From Guillardia theta CCMP2712 (Eukaryota; Protista; Cryptophyta), in contig NW_005434633.1 in assembly GCF_000315625.1 (NCBI RefSeq), positions 217,867-281,866 of the forward strand: 64,000 nucleotides of DNA, given 5' to 3'. Positions 13,061-24,779 of the stretch are shown here, one piece after another (the stretch's first letter is position 1; each line of letters starts with the position of its first letter). A program made the position numbers and the translations under genes. A model generated the notes under the pieces. It did not search any database and was not told where the DNA came from. It saw only the letters and a list, made by a program, of their open reading frames with translations.

Positions 13061-13149
13061 ACATGAGCTGGCCGGGCCCTCTGGCGCGGACTTGCTGTAG
13101 GTAGTACTCAGTGTGCCGGGCAGTGCTAGGAGTGCTGTGGCTGAGGCGT

Positions 13150-13947
13150 TAGTGCTGCATCCAGGCTGGCGCGGTTAGATAAGTAGCAGGAGCGAGCGAG
13201 TAAGGTTGTAGATCTTGCCATGACAACAATAAATCAATAAAGAAACGACGTGATCTGTCAATGTAAAAACGGCGAGCACGGGGCTCAAGAGTTCTGATGC
13301 TTGCCACAAAAGGATCAGACTCACATTGGAGCGGCTGGAACAAGTTGTTCCTGCATCACATCTGGGAACTAGTCACTGAGTCAAATCATCTTACAGAAAA
13401 GCTGCTTCTTGACTATTAGTGAAGTGGATATGCACAAACAATTATCCTTCACTTTCTAACTTGTTTTGTGACAAGCATAAATTTACAACTAAGGGTTGTC
13501 CAGGTTTTGTCTTCAATGTTTCACTATACTTTATTATCCAGCAGTATCAGGTACAATCAGGTGTCTAGATATCTTAGTTCATAGTTTCATAGAGTTCCTA
13601 GCTACGCAATCACTCATGTTAGATATTTCTGCCAGAAATGGCTGTTTCAAGGTTTGCGCCAAAAATGTCGTTATTGCTGCCATGTACACAACATGCAAAC
13701 TTGTTAGAGCAGAACTCATTGCTCACTTTTTCGCATTGCGTTTGAATCCGAAGAATCCAAGCACCATTCTTCGCATTTCCTTCCTGCACTCCAGTTGAAG
13801 TGTCATGGGGTTGTCGATCGGAATGTCTCGGTGCGACTTGTTCCTGGACGAAGAGGACGAAGAGGACGATCGGGAAGAGGGAGGAGGAGAGTGGGCGTCA
13901 GTGCTAGGCGAAGCACGGGACGAGGAGCAGGACGAAGGAGAAGGCAT
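13150..13947 (-). other. Putative small or decayed multi-exon gene
   Basis: ORF 13723..13947 with TATAAA about 45 nt upstream and a GTGAG donor; further ORF 13149..13343; no homology recognised. Confidence 0.25.
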
Positions 13948-14720
13948 TTCCGTCGATCTTGTCAGTGGGGTGCTGGGCGCGTGGGTAACGGGTTTATAAG
14001 GGAAGGAGCCGGGATTCGCGGGGACGTTCGAAGGTAAAAAAAATCCTTTTTTATCAGATCGGGGTTCGAAACGACGTGAATTCGGAACCTTACGACCAGG
14101 CGGTGGAACTGGGGATCTGTAATCGAGTCTTTTCCCATTTCCTAGCTAGTCGGACGGTCAGTCGAATTGCACCAGGAGACTGAAATCGCGCTCCTAGGTT
14201 CCCTTTCTCCCTTGAAAAAAAGGGGAACCTGTTTTCCAGAACCCGTTTGACTGGTAAGATTTTACTCATTCCTTTACCGTGGGCCTGGCAAATCACTTGA
14301 ACTTCCGTGACGGTGTCCCGGCCGCCGAAGTTCGGCGCCGGGATCATCCGTTGTCCTCGTACTGATGAAAGTTTTGACTTGCTTCACATCCGGGCCCGGC
14401 ACGGCGGCCCGGCCGGGCTCCGGCACTGTGACTGAACTCTAAAAAAGACTGACAGAAGTGACTTTTTGTTTCTTTTACCCCCTGTGTGTGTAAAGGAGGC
14501 AGATAGTAGTGTTGAAGAGCGGGAGGGAGAGGCAGCCGGGGCAAGGCTAGTAGGTAGGATGAGGAAGTAGAGGGGCTAAAGGCTGCGAGGCATGATGGAC
14601 TGATGTACACATGATTAGAGTAGACGTTCACTGCGATATGAGAAGTCGACGGAGATAAGAAAGTAGGGACCAGACTGATCTGTCTTTGGAGTCTGTCACA
14701 GCCCTTTCATACCTTCCACG

Positions 14721-16131
14721 CATGTTGGGCGGTAGAATCATCTTAATGCAAGTTTCACCATGTCTCGTTGCGCTACTCCTCTCTATCGCTCTCATCGCTC
14801 ATTCATCAGCTGGTCTAGAGAAGCCTCTTCGCAGCCAACACGAAGACTCCTTCACTGTCGATTCGCATCAGACCAGAAATGGCCATCGCGTGAATTTTTA
14901 CAAGGGCTGTCAAGGATGGACCATCAGTGGCGGTAAGAACATGACAGGCCCGTTCCTGTGCCATGGTTTGTTGTGCGCTCAAGACTTTGGGGACCTCGTG
15001 TGGTATTGGACGGCACCAGAGAATTTCACGAGGCTTCTTAATGAATCTTATGGTGGAATGCTTCGTGTGAGGTCCGGCTTCTTCGAGATCCAGAGAAGCG
15101 AGATGGAGAAGTTCTCGGGCAATGGCAGGGAAAGTGACGTTGCGATCAGGGGGGCATCGGGCGCCTGTATCTTCGCCTTCCAAGTACAGACTTATGGGGA
15201 GTACCTGCTGGACCGATCGTTGCCATTGGACGAGAGGTACGAGTGGAAAGATGAAGAGGGCGCAATCGTGTCTCCTTACGTCATCGGAGAGACGCTGAGA
15301 GGTGCCGTTGAGCTGAGAATCCGGGGAGGGTACTACCCTGGTGACGAGATCGCCTTCCTCCAATCTGTTGAAATCCTTCTGCCCATTGAACCCGCAGCAC
15401 CAGAAGCACTCGAACAAGCACGTATCGACGAGGACAGTCCTCGGGTCGAAATAACAGCAGCCGCATCATCGGATGAGCGACAAGCAGCTGCGGGGGAGAT
15501 CGGAGGAGGCAGGGCGTCTGCAAGCTCAAACTTCGTCGTGGACGCTCGCACGAGCACGCAGGCTACGAGCTTTGCCGTAGCTGGCCGAGCCTCATCCTCA
15601 GAGGAGCCAAAGGTCGCACGAAAGCAGAAGAAGTCGGCTGAAGAAACACAACTGCAGGCACAAGGGAACGAATTGAAGAGGATGGGAGGGGAGGCGGAGA
15701 GAAGACGGCAAGGCTTGACAACAAGAGAGCGGGCTGAGGCTGCCAGACTATCGACTGCTGATTCTCAGCTCCCCCCTCACATCTGCGGGGACAGGCGCTC
15801 GAGCTCCTTCCCCGCAGAGCTCGAGAGGTTCAGTGAGGAGCGGAGGCTCCTGCTGCTCGACTGCATTGTCGGAACCGCCTCTTCCTTTGCTCTGACGAAT
15901 TCGAGCCTCTTGCACAGCATGGAGGGCAGAGTGGAAACGATCCCTCTCGATAGCATCTCAAGCTTGACAACCAACAGTGAGGGCAAGATCATCTTGCTCG
16001 GCCGCTGGGAGGAGGAGGAGGAGGAGGAAGAGCCGGAGACACTCTTGACTGGGCCGCACATCTCCACGTTCAACATCGTCTCCATGGCGAATTTCTTGGA
16101 GCGGGTACACGAGGCCATCATGTTTAGTTAG
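14721..16131 (+). CDS. Secreted protein with laminin IV type A (Laminin_B)-like domain
   Basis: Signal peptide (CLVALLLSIALIAHSSAG); WYWTAPENF...SYGGML...DVAIRG...LRIRGGY...LQSVEI fits the laminin IV pattern. Confidence 0.75.
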
Positions 16132-16344
16132 AGGCGAATGTAATGAAAGAATCAATCATCAATCCGAGGTGTAGAATCATTGGCGCCATTTTTGGCGCAG
16201 GATGCGGTCACTGGTCTGCCAGCTTCACTGGCATCCCAATGGCATGGCTGCGGTGGTCCCGACGCTGAAATCAATACAAGAGTTGCGAAATAAGACAAGT
16301 GAACAAGTGAGACAAGAATAAAAGATGGCAGGTTGCGCCCAGCT
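15497..16344 (+). repeat. Left copy of ~830-850 bp direct repeat
   Basis: Near-identical to 27644-28468 (AGATCGGAGGAGGC...GCGCCCAGCT). Confidence 0.95.
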
Positions 16345-17420
16345 TCATTTTGCTGCAAAGGTCGAGAATGTCCAGGTTTGCACACAGTTTAGAGTAGGGC
16401 TCCATTGTAAGAAGCTGGCCGTGGCGATATATTAGGCTGATAGACTAACCCCTGCTAGATGTGTGAAACCATCCCCGCCCTTCTGATATGCAAGCTGACG
16501 CTTGAAGAAGGCAAACTCCACTGCGGTGGGCCTTGGGGCAGATGAGGCGAAAAGAGCTTTCTATGGGTGCACATGCATGGGCACCTATAGGTGAAGGATA
16601 GCTCTTGATCTTGATACCTGCTTTCCTGAGGAGAATGAAAATGTTGTAGGGGAACTATGTGAGCCCATGCATGAACGGACGGGGCTGCTCGGAGCTTTCT
16701 CTTCAAGTACAGCTGAAGAGGAGATCAGACGTCTTAGAGGTGCATGTTTTCAGATTTTTCATAGAAATAGTCAGTCTGGATTCATGAAGGAAGTTGGGTT
16801 AGACGTATTCAAAGATGATATACCCTCAACGCTCCAGCAGTCTGTGATGCTAACAGACAGTTTCTTGGGTTTCCTTTGGGGAATCCCGCAAGCATTCATA
16901 ATATACAGGATGAACCTTTAGCGTAGTACACGTAGCTCAAGAAGAACTTGCGCTGGATTTTCTCTATTAAGAGGAAAGCAGTGTGGCAGAAGGAGATCTA
17001 TCTCTATCTCACTTTATTCGCACACAACAAAAGAGACAAGCCGACAAACACAGGCGTTGCCCACACACAAAAGGGGAGGATGACCCCCTAGTCCTGACGA
17101 CGATGATCCTATACAGCTTGACTCTCCTGATTGTCCTCGTACTGATTTTAACTTAACTTTGAGTAAAAGCCCAACTCACTGGGGCACAAGGCGCGTTTGG
17201 CATTTTACGGCCCTCTTGTGTTGGGGCGCACCATAACTTTTTTGACGGCGAAGTTAACGGGTAGGAGGGACCTATCATAAGAGGGCACCAGGGGGGGGGT
17301 AAAGCAGGGGTCCCTCGGAAGTTAACAGATTGATCATACTAACGCAGTTTTTCACTCAATTAAATAAATCCGCAGAGGGAATGATAAAAAGTGCACCTGG
17401 AAGGGGGGCGACGACCAAGC

Positions 17421-18103
17421 ATGACCATGCGAGCTTTCCTCCTCCTGACAGCGATCGCGGCAGCATCAGCCGTCACTTGCAACATTGCCAAGAAGAGCGA
17501 TGTCACCGTAGGTGAGCCTTTCTTTCTCACTTTGATTCGTATACGCTTTGCGATCGTTTGTCAGTCATTCGTGGCTGCAGGAAGCTGCGGAACGAAAACC
17601 GTCCAATACGGCAGCTGTCTCTCGCAAAGTGATGCGGACACCCGATTGGCTTCAGAAGTTTCGAGCGTAGCCATCACACCTTCAACCGATGACATGTGTG
17701 CAAAGACCCTCACGTACACTTGCTCTCTGTACGGCTTGGTGAGATTTGCAATGCATGATGGATGGTATCATTAGGGGTGATGTTTGTATAGACCGCCAAG
17801 GCCACCAAGTGCTCGGACCTGTGCACATTGTATCAATCAATGACCTTAGGCTGCACTTCAGACTCCCAGTGCGCAACGACGTCAACCAAAATTGTGGAGT
17901 GCTGCAGCTTTACGAGGTCTGCCATCTCATCCTTGTGCACCGTCGATTCAACCAAGCTTGACTCGATTGTCGCTTCCGTAAAATCCAATGGAGGATGTAG
18001 TGAAAATGTCAACTGCACTTCAGCAGCGCCCAGGAACCTTTCGTCGCTTTACATGCCTCTGCTGCTGTCGTTGGTGGGGTATGCGATGACCTCTCGGCTG
18101 TGA
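17421..18103 (+). CDS. Small secreted Cys-rich protein, probably GPI-anchored, three exons
   Basis: Signal peptide MRAFLLLTAIAAASA; introns near 17512-17580 and 17739-17791; hydrophobic tail SAAPRNLSSLYMPLLLSLVG. Confidence 0.75.
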
Positions 18104-18886
18104 GGGCTCAGTCACGAGGTGATGGTCGTCGTGACGGGTGTTGAGCTTCAGCGGGGCCCGAGGCAGGGATGCTGAAGGCTCTCAGGCTTTCCTTTCCTGA
18201 AGGACTGGCAGGACTGTACTATGATGCCTGGGGCATGCGGAGAAGTAGAGGGAGGGTGAAAGCTGAGTAGAGGCACGTTGTTGAAAGAATAAACCGTCAC
18301 TCAATGCGTCTGATCTGCCGACCTGGATGCACTATGGACGCTGTCGGGGAGAAGTGTCAGCCGCTGTCTGGCCTTTGATCGCACGTCACAACAAATGAAG
18401 CCTTCAATGTACAGAGCTTGTGACTAGCCCAACCAGATGGGCACAGTAATAAACTCGTCTGTATTCTCTTCAAACACAACATAGACAAGTTTTGCGTGGT
18501 GATTTTATATTCCCTTGTTGATGCTCTGCCTTGATCCCATTGCTTGGACCTCTGACAAGTGCATCTATCGCCACATGATGAAGATTTCAAGTGCACAACA
18601 AGTTGTCAGATGAAAGGTGAAAACTGAATCAAGATGCGGCTTCAAAGCTGGGATGTCCTAAAGATGAAGCTAGATTGGTGACATACATGAGATTGGCATG
18701 TATCAAGCAATGCTCGGCTGGTGCAGGAACAGTATGCTATCCTTAGTCAGTATTCATGCCGCAAACACATGAGGAATCACAACCATCCTAGACCTTCCAA
18801 GAAAGAAAGAGGTAAAAATCAAAACTAAAACTCTAAAACTTTTAAAGGTCAAGCTACTAAATATCAGTCAATTTTAGGTCAACCCG

Positions 18887-21800
18887 TCAGTCGGAGCGAC
18901 GACGTCGGAGAAGAACCCCGGTACACTGCGTGCTATTGTACTGAGTGGAATACCTGCCAGCGACGCAGGCGATGCAAGTGAACGCGCTGGGCCCATCGAG
19001 GACCAGGTATCCTGGAACGCAGCTACAGTTCCTGATCGAGGTAGATCCATTGACAGAGACGGAGTGGTCGGGGCATGGTATACAATTGGCCACGTCGTTC
19101 CCGCCGAAAGAAGGGAGATAGATCGTCCTTGTATGATCCCAGCGGGCACTGCCTGCAGTACAGCGCCCCGTCCTGATACGCCTTCTCATAGCCAGGGTCG
19201 CAGAGGCAGGATTCGAGCCACTTGGACTCCTCGGCGGACACGGAGTGTATAGGACAATTCGAGCACCCGAGGCTGGAGAGGGCGTCCGCGTACGTGTTCT
19301 TGGGACATATCGTACAGCTGTAATTCCCCAGGCCCGACCGTTGAACCAGTGGCGTCGTAGGTCTCCGAGTAATACCCCCTCGAGCACTGCACACAGGAGT
19401 TCCCAACACGGTAAGGGCTGGTAGGTGTCAGAAGGGCAGGCGCTGCACTGTAACATGCCGCGAGTCCTTGTATCCTTGTAATAGCCCGGGGGGCACCCGG
19501 CAGCTACGGTGATTCCGTGAATGCCACCTCTTGCTCCTCTTGCCCGTCCTTTCAACGTCTATCGAAGTGACCATCTCGGTGTACGACTGCGTTTGCGAAG
19601 AGGGTCACCGCAAGCTGGGCATCAGCTGTGTTACCTGTGACAATGGCTTCATCTACGACAATCAGTCGATGACCTGTATTGAGTGCGGGCCTTACAGTGG
19701 CACCACCGAGCGCCTGGTCCGATACCCAGACTGCCACTGCTTCTCGGGCTGCGGCATCCCCTATGGCTCGAGCTCCTGCGCGGTATGCCCCGCAGACACG
19801 TACTGCCCCTTCTCCGAGAGTGACCGATGCCTGTCCTGCCCGGAGAACACAACCACGGAGAAGACGACACAGAACGTCCTTGCTGCCTCCTGCCTGTGTG
19901 ATATTGGGTACAGCGGTAACAACAGTGGGCCCTACCTCGCATGCCCCACCTCGACCTACAAGAACAGGACGGGCTCCTCAGCCTGTGAGGTATGCCCGAG
20001 GGAGACCTACTCACCCATCGCGAGCCCTGCCATCAAGGATTGTGTCTGCATCCCCTGTTACGCCGGGCCCAGTGGGAATCCATGCATCCCCTGCACCAAG
20101 AACACGTTCAAGAATGAGTACGGGCCGAACTCCTGCGTCCTCTCCTTTCCTCACTCGCAGTCTGGCATGGCGAGCACCTCTTCCAGCCAGTGCCAGTGCA
20201 ATACGGATTACAGCGCACCGGACGCCACCTTCTGCGCACCCTGTGACGTGAACACCTACAAGGACTGGGTCGGAGCCGGCAACTGCACTCGCTGCCCGGA
20301 TGATACGGTGAATGACAACATAGCCTCGGATAGCATATCGCAGTGTGTGTGCCCCGTCGGCCTCTACAGAGTCCCTGACACCTTCACCTGCGACGGTTGC
20401 GATGCAGGGAGGTTGTACTCCCTGCCCCGTCAATATGACCTCCCCGGTGGGGAGCCTCTCCTCCCTGAGTTGCAGGTGCAAGGCTGGATTCTTCGCCCCC
20501 AACAATGAGTATTGCACCGCCTGCTCCGTAGGCAAGTACAAGGATTACGAAGGGTCGGGATACTGCTCCTCGTGCCTCGACGGTGAGACGACGCTGGACA
20601 TTGGCAACGCCTCGGACTCCAACTGCCTGTGCATGACCGGTTACTTCCGTGCATTCATTGGGCTGTGTCAGCTCTGCTATGCGGGCACTTACAAGGACAT
20701 CGTGGGAGACCATGTCTCCAATGCATCTGCATCCCTGGCTTGGAGGGTGGATACCCCGGGGGTTGCGATGCCTGTCAGGAGGGCCAGTACAACGACGACG
20801 GCAGGGGCCCGTGTAAGGGCTGCCCGCCTAACATCACCTCGGTAAGGCTGTCGTCAAGGGTGACGGACTGCAAGTGCAAGCCGGGGTACTACGGGTCGAA
20901 CGGGATGGAGTGCGATTTTGCCCCGCGGACACCTAAACCCTACAAGGCTCTCGTCGGCGATTCTACCGTACATGTATCCCCTGCCTCCCCAACAGCGTGA
21001 GCCCCGCCACCTCCACTGCGTCAAGCTCTTGTAAGTGTATCCCTGGGTTCTACGGGCCTGCGGGCGGCCCCTGCCAGTCTTGCGCTGAGGGAAAGTACTC
21101 CACCGCCCTGGGACAGACGGCCTGTGCTGCCTGCCCCCTCCATTCCAACTCAACGCAGAACAGCAATTCAGTCGACACTGCACGTGCAACCCCGGCTACT
21201 ACCGCAGCTCGGGACCATCCTGTGTGGCCTGCCCCCTGCCCCGTTGGGAAGTATGAGCCGATTGCGTATGCAGACCCGGTTACAGCGGGCCCGACGGTGG
21301 GCACTGTGAGGCCTGCCCTGTCAATACCTACAAGAGCTCCTACGGGACCTTAATACTTGTGAGGGTATAGTTATATATATACCATTGAATTGACCATTTG
21401 TCACCCTCCACTGTGCAGAACGATTGGTCACAGAGGTGGGGGGTAGTCTATGTTAGCATTGCTTCGCAATGCCGCGGCCAGCTGCGCAGGCCTATGCCCG
21501 AAATGGTCAAATAATCAAAGAAGGCAGACGAGAATGATAAGGGAAGGTGAGCCTGAGAGATAACAAGGCAGTTGTTCATAGTTGAGTCACGAAGGAAAAG
21601 TGTAATACGTCAAAAAAGTCACGATGGAAAAGTGTAATACTCAAAAAGGTCAAATAAGTCAAGTGATATTAAGCTGCGAACAATGTGTGCCAGCCCTGCC
21701 CCGCCGAGTACTACCAGGAAACACTGGCCAGCATTGGGCTTGAGTCCTGTAAGCCTTGCCCTCTCTACTCAAACAGCTCCAGCGGCTCGCAGTCCCGGGA

Positions 21801-24170
21801 CTCTTGCTCCTGTCTCAAGGGCTACGAGGGAGGGAGTTCGGGCTCCTACTGCTCCATCTGCCCCGAGGGCAAGTTCAAGGGCTCCGTCGGGATGGATGCC
21901 TGCCAGGGCTGCCCCGAAGACACTTTCAACGGTCAGCTGGGTGCAATCTTGCAGTCCCGGTGCATCCCTTGCCCGTCCTCCTCCAGAGCCGTGACCGAAA
22001 GCAAGGAGATCTCGGACTGCAAGTGCGAGCCGGGGAACTACAACTACAGCCTCACGTCTCAGTGCCTGCCATGCAACCTCGGCTCCTACAAGCCCCTGCT
22101 GGCCAGTTCCGCCTGCACGCCCTGCCCGCCTCTCAGCAACACCACTGATACCAAGAGGGCCGACCTATCCGAGTGCCTGTGCAATGCAGGATACACCTGG
22201 GGTGCGGTTTCATACTGCGAGGACGTGGACGAATGCACCTCTATGGCACCCCCCTGCGTGCTCTACGCCGACTGCCACAACACGGTGGGGGCTTACTACT
22301 GCACATGCAAGCCCGGCTGGGAGTTCGAGGGGTCCCTTTGTGTTGACGTCAACGAATGCCAAAGATTAACGGCCTTCTGCGACTACGGGGTGTCGACCTG
22401 TGAGAACATGTTTGGGTCCTTCAACTGCCCCTGTGTGGCGGGCTATGAGAAGAGCGGGGAGGCCTGCGTGAATACCAACGGTTGCCTGAATGCGAGCTAT
22501 GTCTGCCAGAACCACACGGACTGTTTCGACACCATCGGGAGCTTCTATTGCCAGTGCAAGGCGGGCTATCGGGAGAGCGCCAAGTAGGGGCTCTGTGAGA
22601 ACATCAACGAGTGCAACGACCCGGCCTCTTGCGGCCTTCTGACCACCTGCATCGACACGGACGGGAGCTACTCCTGCCTGTGCCCCGATGGTTACGCTCT
22701 CAACCTGTATGAAACACCATCGGCAGCTTCGAAGGCACCTGCAACTTCGGCAGGGACGTACTGCGAGTTCACCATCTGCGTGGATTGCGTGCCGGGCTCC
22801 TACTGCTACAACGGCACCGTGAACGTCTGCCCACCGCATTCAACATCCCCGGCCACCGCATTCAAACTTCCCCGGCCACCTCCATGACCGATTCCTTCTG
22901 CGAGTGCTTCGCCGGGTATTACGCCAAGAGCTTCTTCTCCAAGGTGTGTGAGACCTGTCCCAAGGACTTCTACTGCCGGAACGACACGAAGCGCAGCTGT
23001 CCGGACAACAGCTTCAGCCTCGAGGGTGCGGGTTCGATACAGGGCTGTGTCTGCAACCCCGGCTACTACAGCGGGGTAGGGAGGATGGGCCCCGAGTCCT
23101 ACGAGTATGGGTACTCCGGAAAAACAAACCTGAACTGCCAGCCGTGCACTTCTTGCAGTCGCTGCTTGACAGGAAGCTGCCGATGTCGCAGACGCACTGA
23201 TCCGAGCCGATGCGGCCCAGATCAACGTAGTCTTGAGCCCCAGGCATGGGACACATGCGGAAGTGCCTCTCACATCCTTGTACTTGCCCTGGGGGCATGC
23301 CGAGCACACGTCCCCATCGGGATGATAGCCCAAGTCGCACCGGCAGTCGCTGCGGATGTTGCTCCCCTGCGGCGACTACTGCCCCAGGCCACAGGGCTGG
23401 CAGGTGAGCTAGGTGATCTTGGAGGTGGATTCGTTGCAGTAAGCGCAGGGGCCGCCGGGCATGCCGACCATCCCATCCACGCACATGCAGGAGGAAACCG
23501 ATGTCGAACCGAAGAGGAAGGAGGTTGTGTTTTGTGAGCAGTCATCGCATGCCACGTTCGAATCCACGCCCTTAAAAGACCCGGGAGGGCAGGCCCTGCA
23601 TGTGTAGGCAACAACTCCCGGCTCGAACCCCGCCTTACAAACACAGGCATCCTGAGAGATCGACGCGATCGGGGATCTCATGCCCCCCGAGCACCCCACA
23701 CAGGCGGCCGAGCTGATGTTGGGCTTGAACTTGCCGGATTGGCTCGCCGTCTGTCCATCCCCGTGTATCCCGCCTTGCACCTGCAGTCCGTCAGCCTCAC
23801 GCTCGCCAAGGCGGACATGGTGTTGATGGGGCATTCCAGACGCCCCCCCGCCGGCTCGTAGGTGCCTCGGGGCAGGGCTCGCAGTAGCCGCCAGCGTTCA
23901 TCCTGTACCCGGCGTAGTCAGGACAATCCGAACAGGTCTCCCTCTCCGACCGGTAAGTCCCGGGCCTGCGGGCCACGCAGTCCTTCCCCACAGCTCCGAC
24001 GTATCCCGAGAAGCAGCTGCAATTGAGTATGGAGAAGCTTCCGATGAGACATGTGTTGTTCGCAGGGCAAGCCGTACAGCCAATGTCACCGGGACATTGC
24101 GGTACTTCCCAGGCTGACAGCAGCCTCTTGGGTTATCTACGATGAGGCAGGAGCGTGACTGAGACATCAC
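18887..24170. pseudogene. Giant Cys-rich repeat (ephrin-receptor-like/GCC2-GCC3 plus Ca-binding EGF) surface-protein pseudogene with internal inversion
   Basis: Many CxxCPxxTYK...CxC modules, DVDEC/DVNEC/NINEC EGF units at 22220-22700, many frameshifts, TAG at 22585. Sense strand is - at 18887-19498, + at 19499-23139, - at 23140-24170. Confidence 0.85.
21354..21668. mobile_element. 315 bp non-autonomous insertion (MITE-like) at TTAA
   Basis: TTAA at 21350-21353 and 21669-21672; removal restores YKSSYGTLSCEQC; 32 bp subterminal tandem repeat at 21586-21648. Confidence 0.8.
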
Positions 24171-24779
24171 GAACAGGGAGCATCAACAAGAGTCGAGGCC
24201 GTGCTCACACGAGACAGTGGACGAAAACCAACAAGATGATACCGCAAGGGAAACAGGAAACTGATCGGATGCGGACCCGGGACAGAGTTCGGAGTCCGGG
24301 AGGACGAGGGATAAGTTGAGTAAGGAGCGAATGAGTTTTCGTACCACACCCGTGTATTATATCACGTGCATCGTCCCTATCAAGCGAGCTGCATGTTTGC
24401 GATCCTTCAGTCATCGGTCGTCCGTGGCAGCGGCGTAAACAAAGACTGTGAGTTGTCATCACGACAAGACTCGGAGGACAGAACCAACTGCATTTGCACG
24501 CCAAATGGTGACTCAGGGTGGTAAGTACTCATGAGAACGTCCAATCAAAAAGTTGAGAATGATACCACTGAGACAATCAGGTGCACGCACAAGCAAGATG
24601 AAACCAAACAACCACCACGACATTGAAGTTGCAGATCTGTGAGGGGCAGTCAGTGGAAGCAGAGGGAAGAACTCGGCAGGTCGTGTGTGGGTCGGTAACA
24701 AGAGAGGGTCAATGACATGTTACAGGATGAGAGCAAGTCATGATCCAAAGAAAGCATGGACAAGTTCACACTCTCTCTC

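Larger units (their letters stand above)
11240..13099. repeat. 29 bp exact direct repeat (11240-11268 and 13071-13099) bracketing 1.8 kb
   Basis: GCCGGGCCCTCTGGCGCGGACTTGCTGTA at both positions. Confidence 0.9.

Noticed and set aside
14000-14100. GGTTCGAA B-box-like motif suggesting a tRNA or SINE
   Set aside because: No cloverleaf stems or matching A-box could be built
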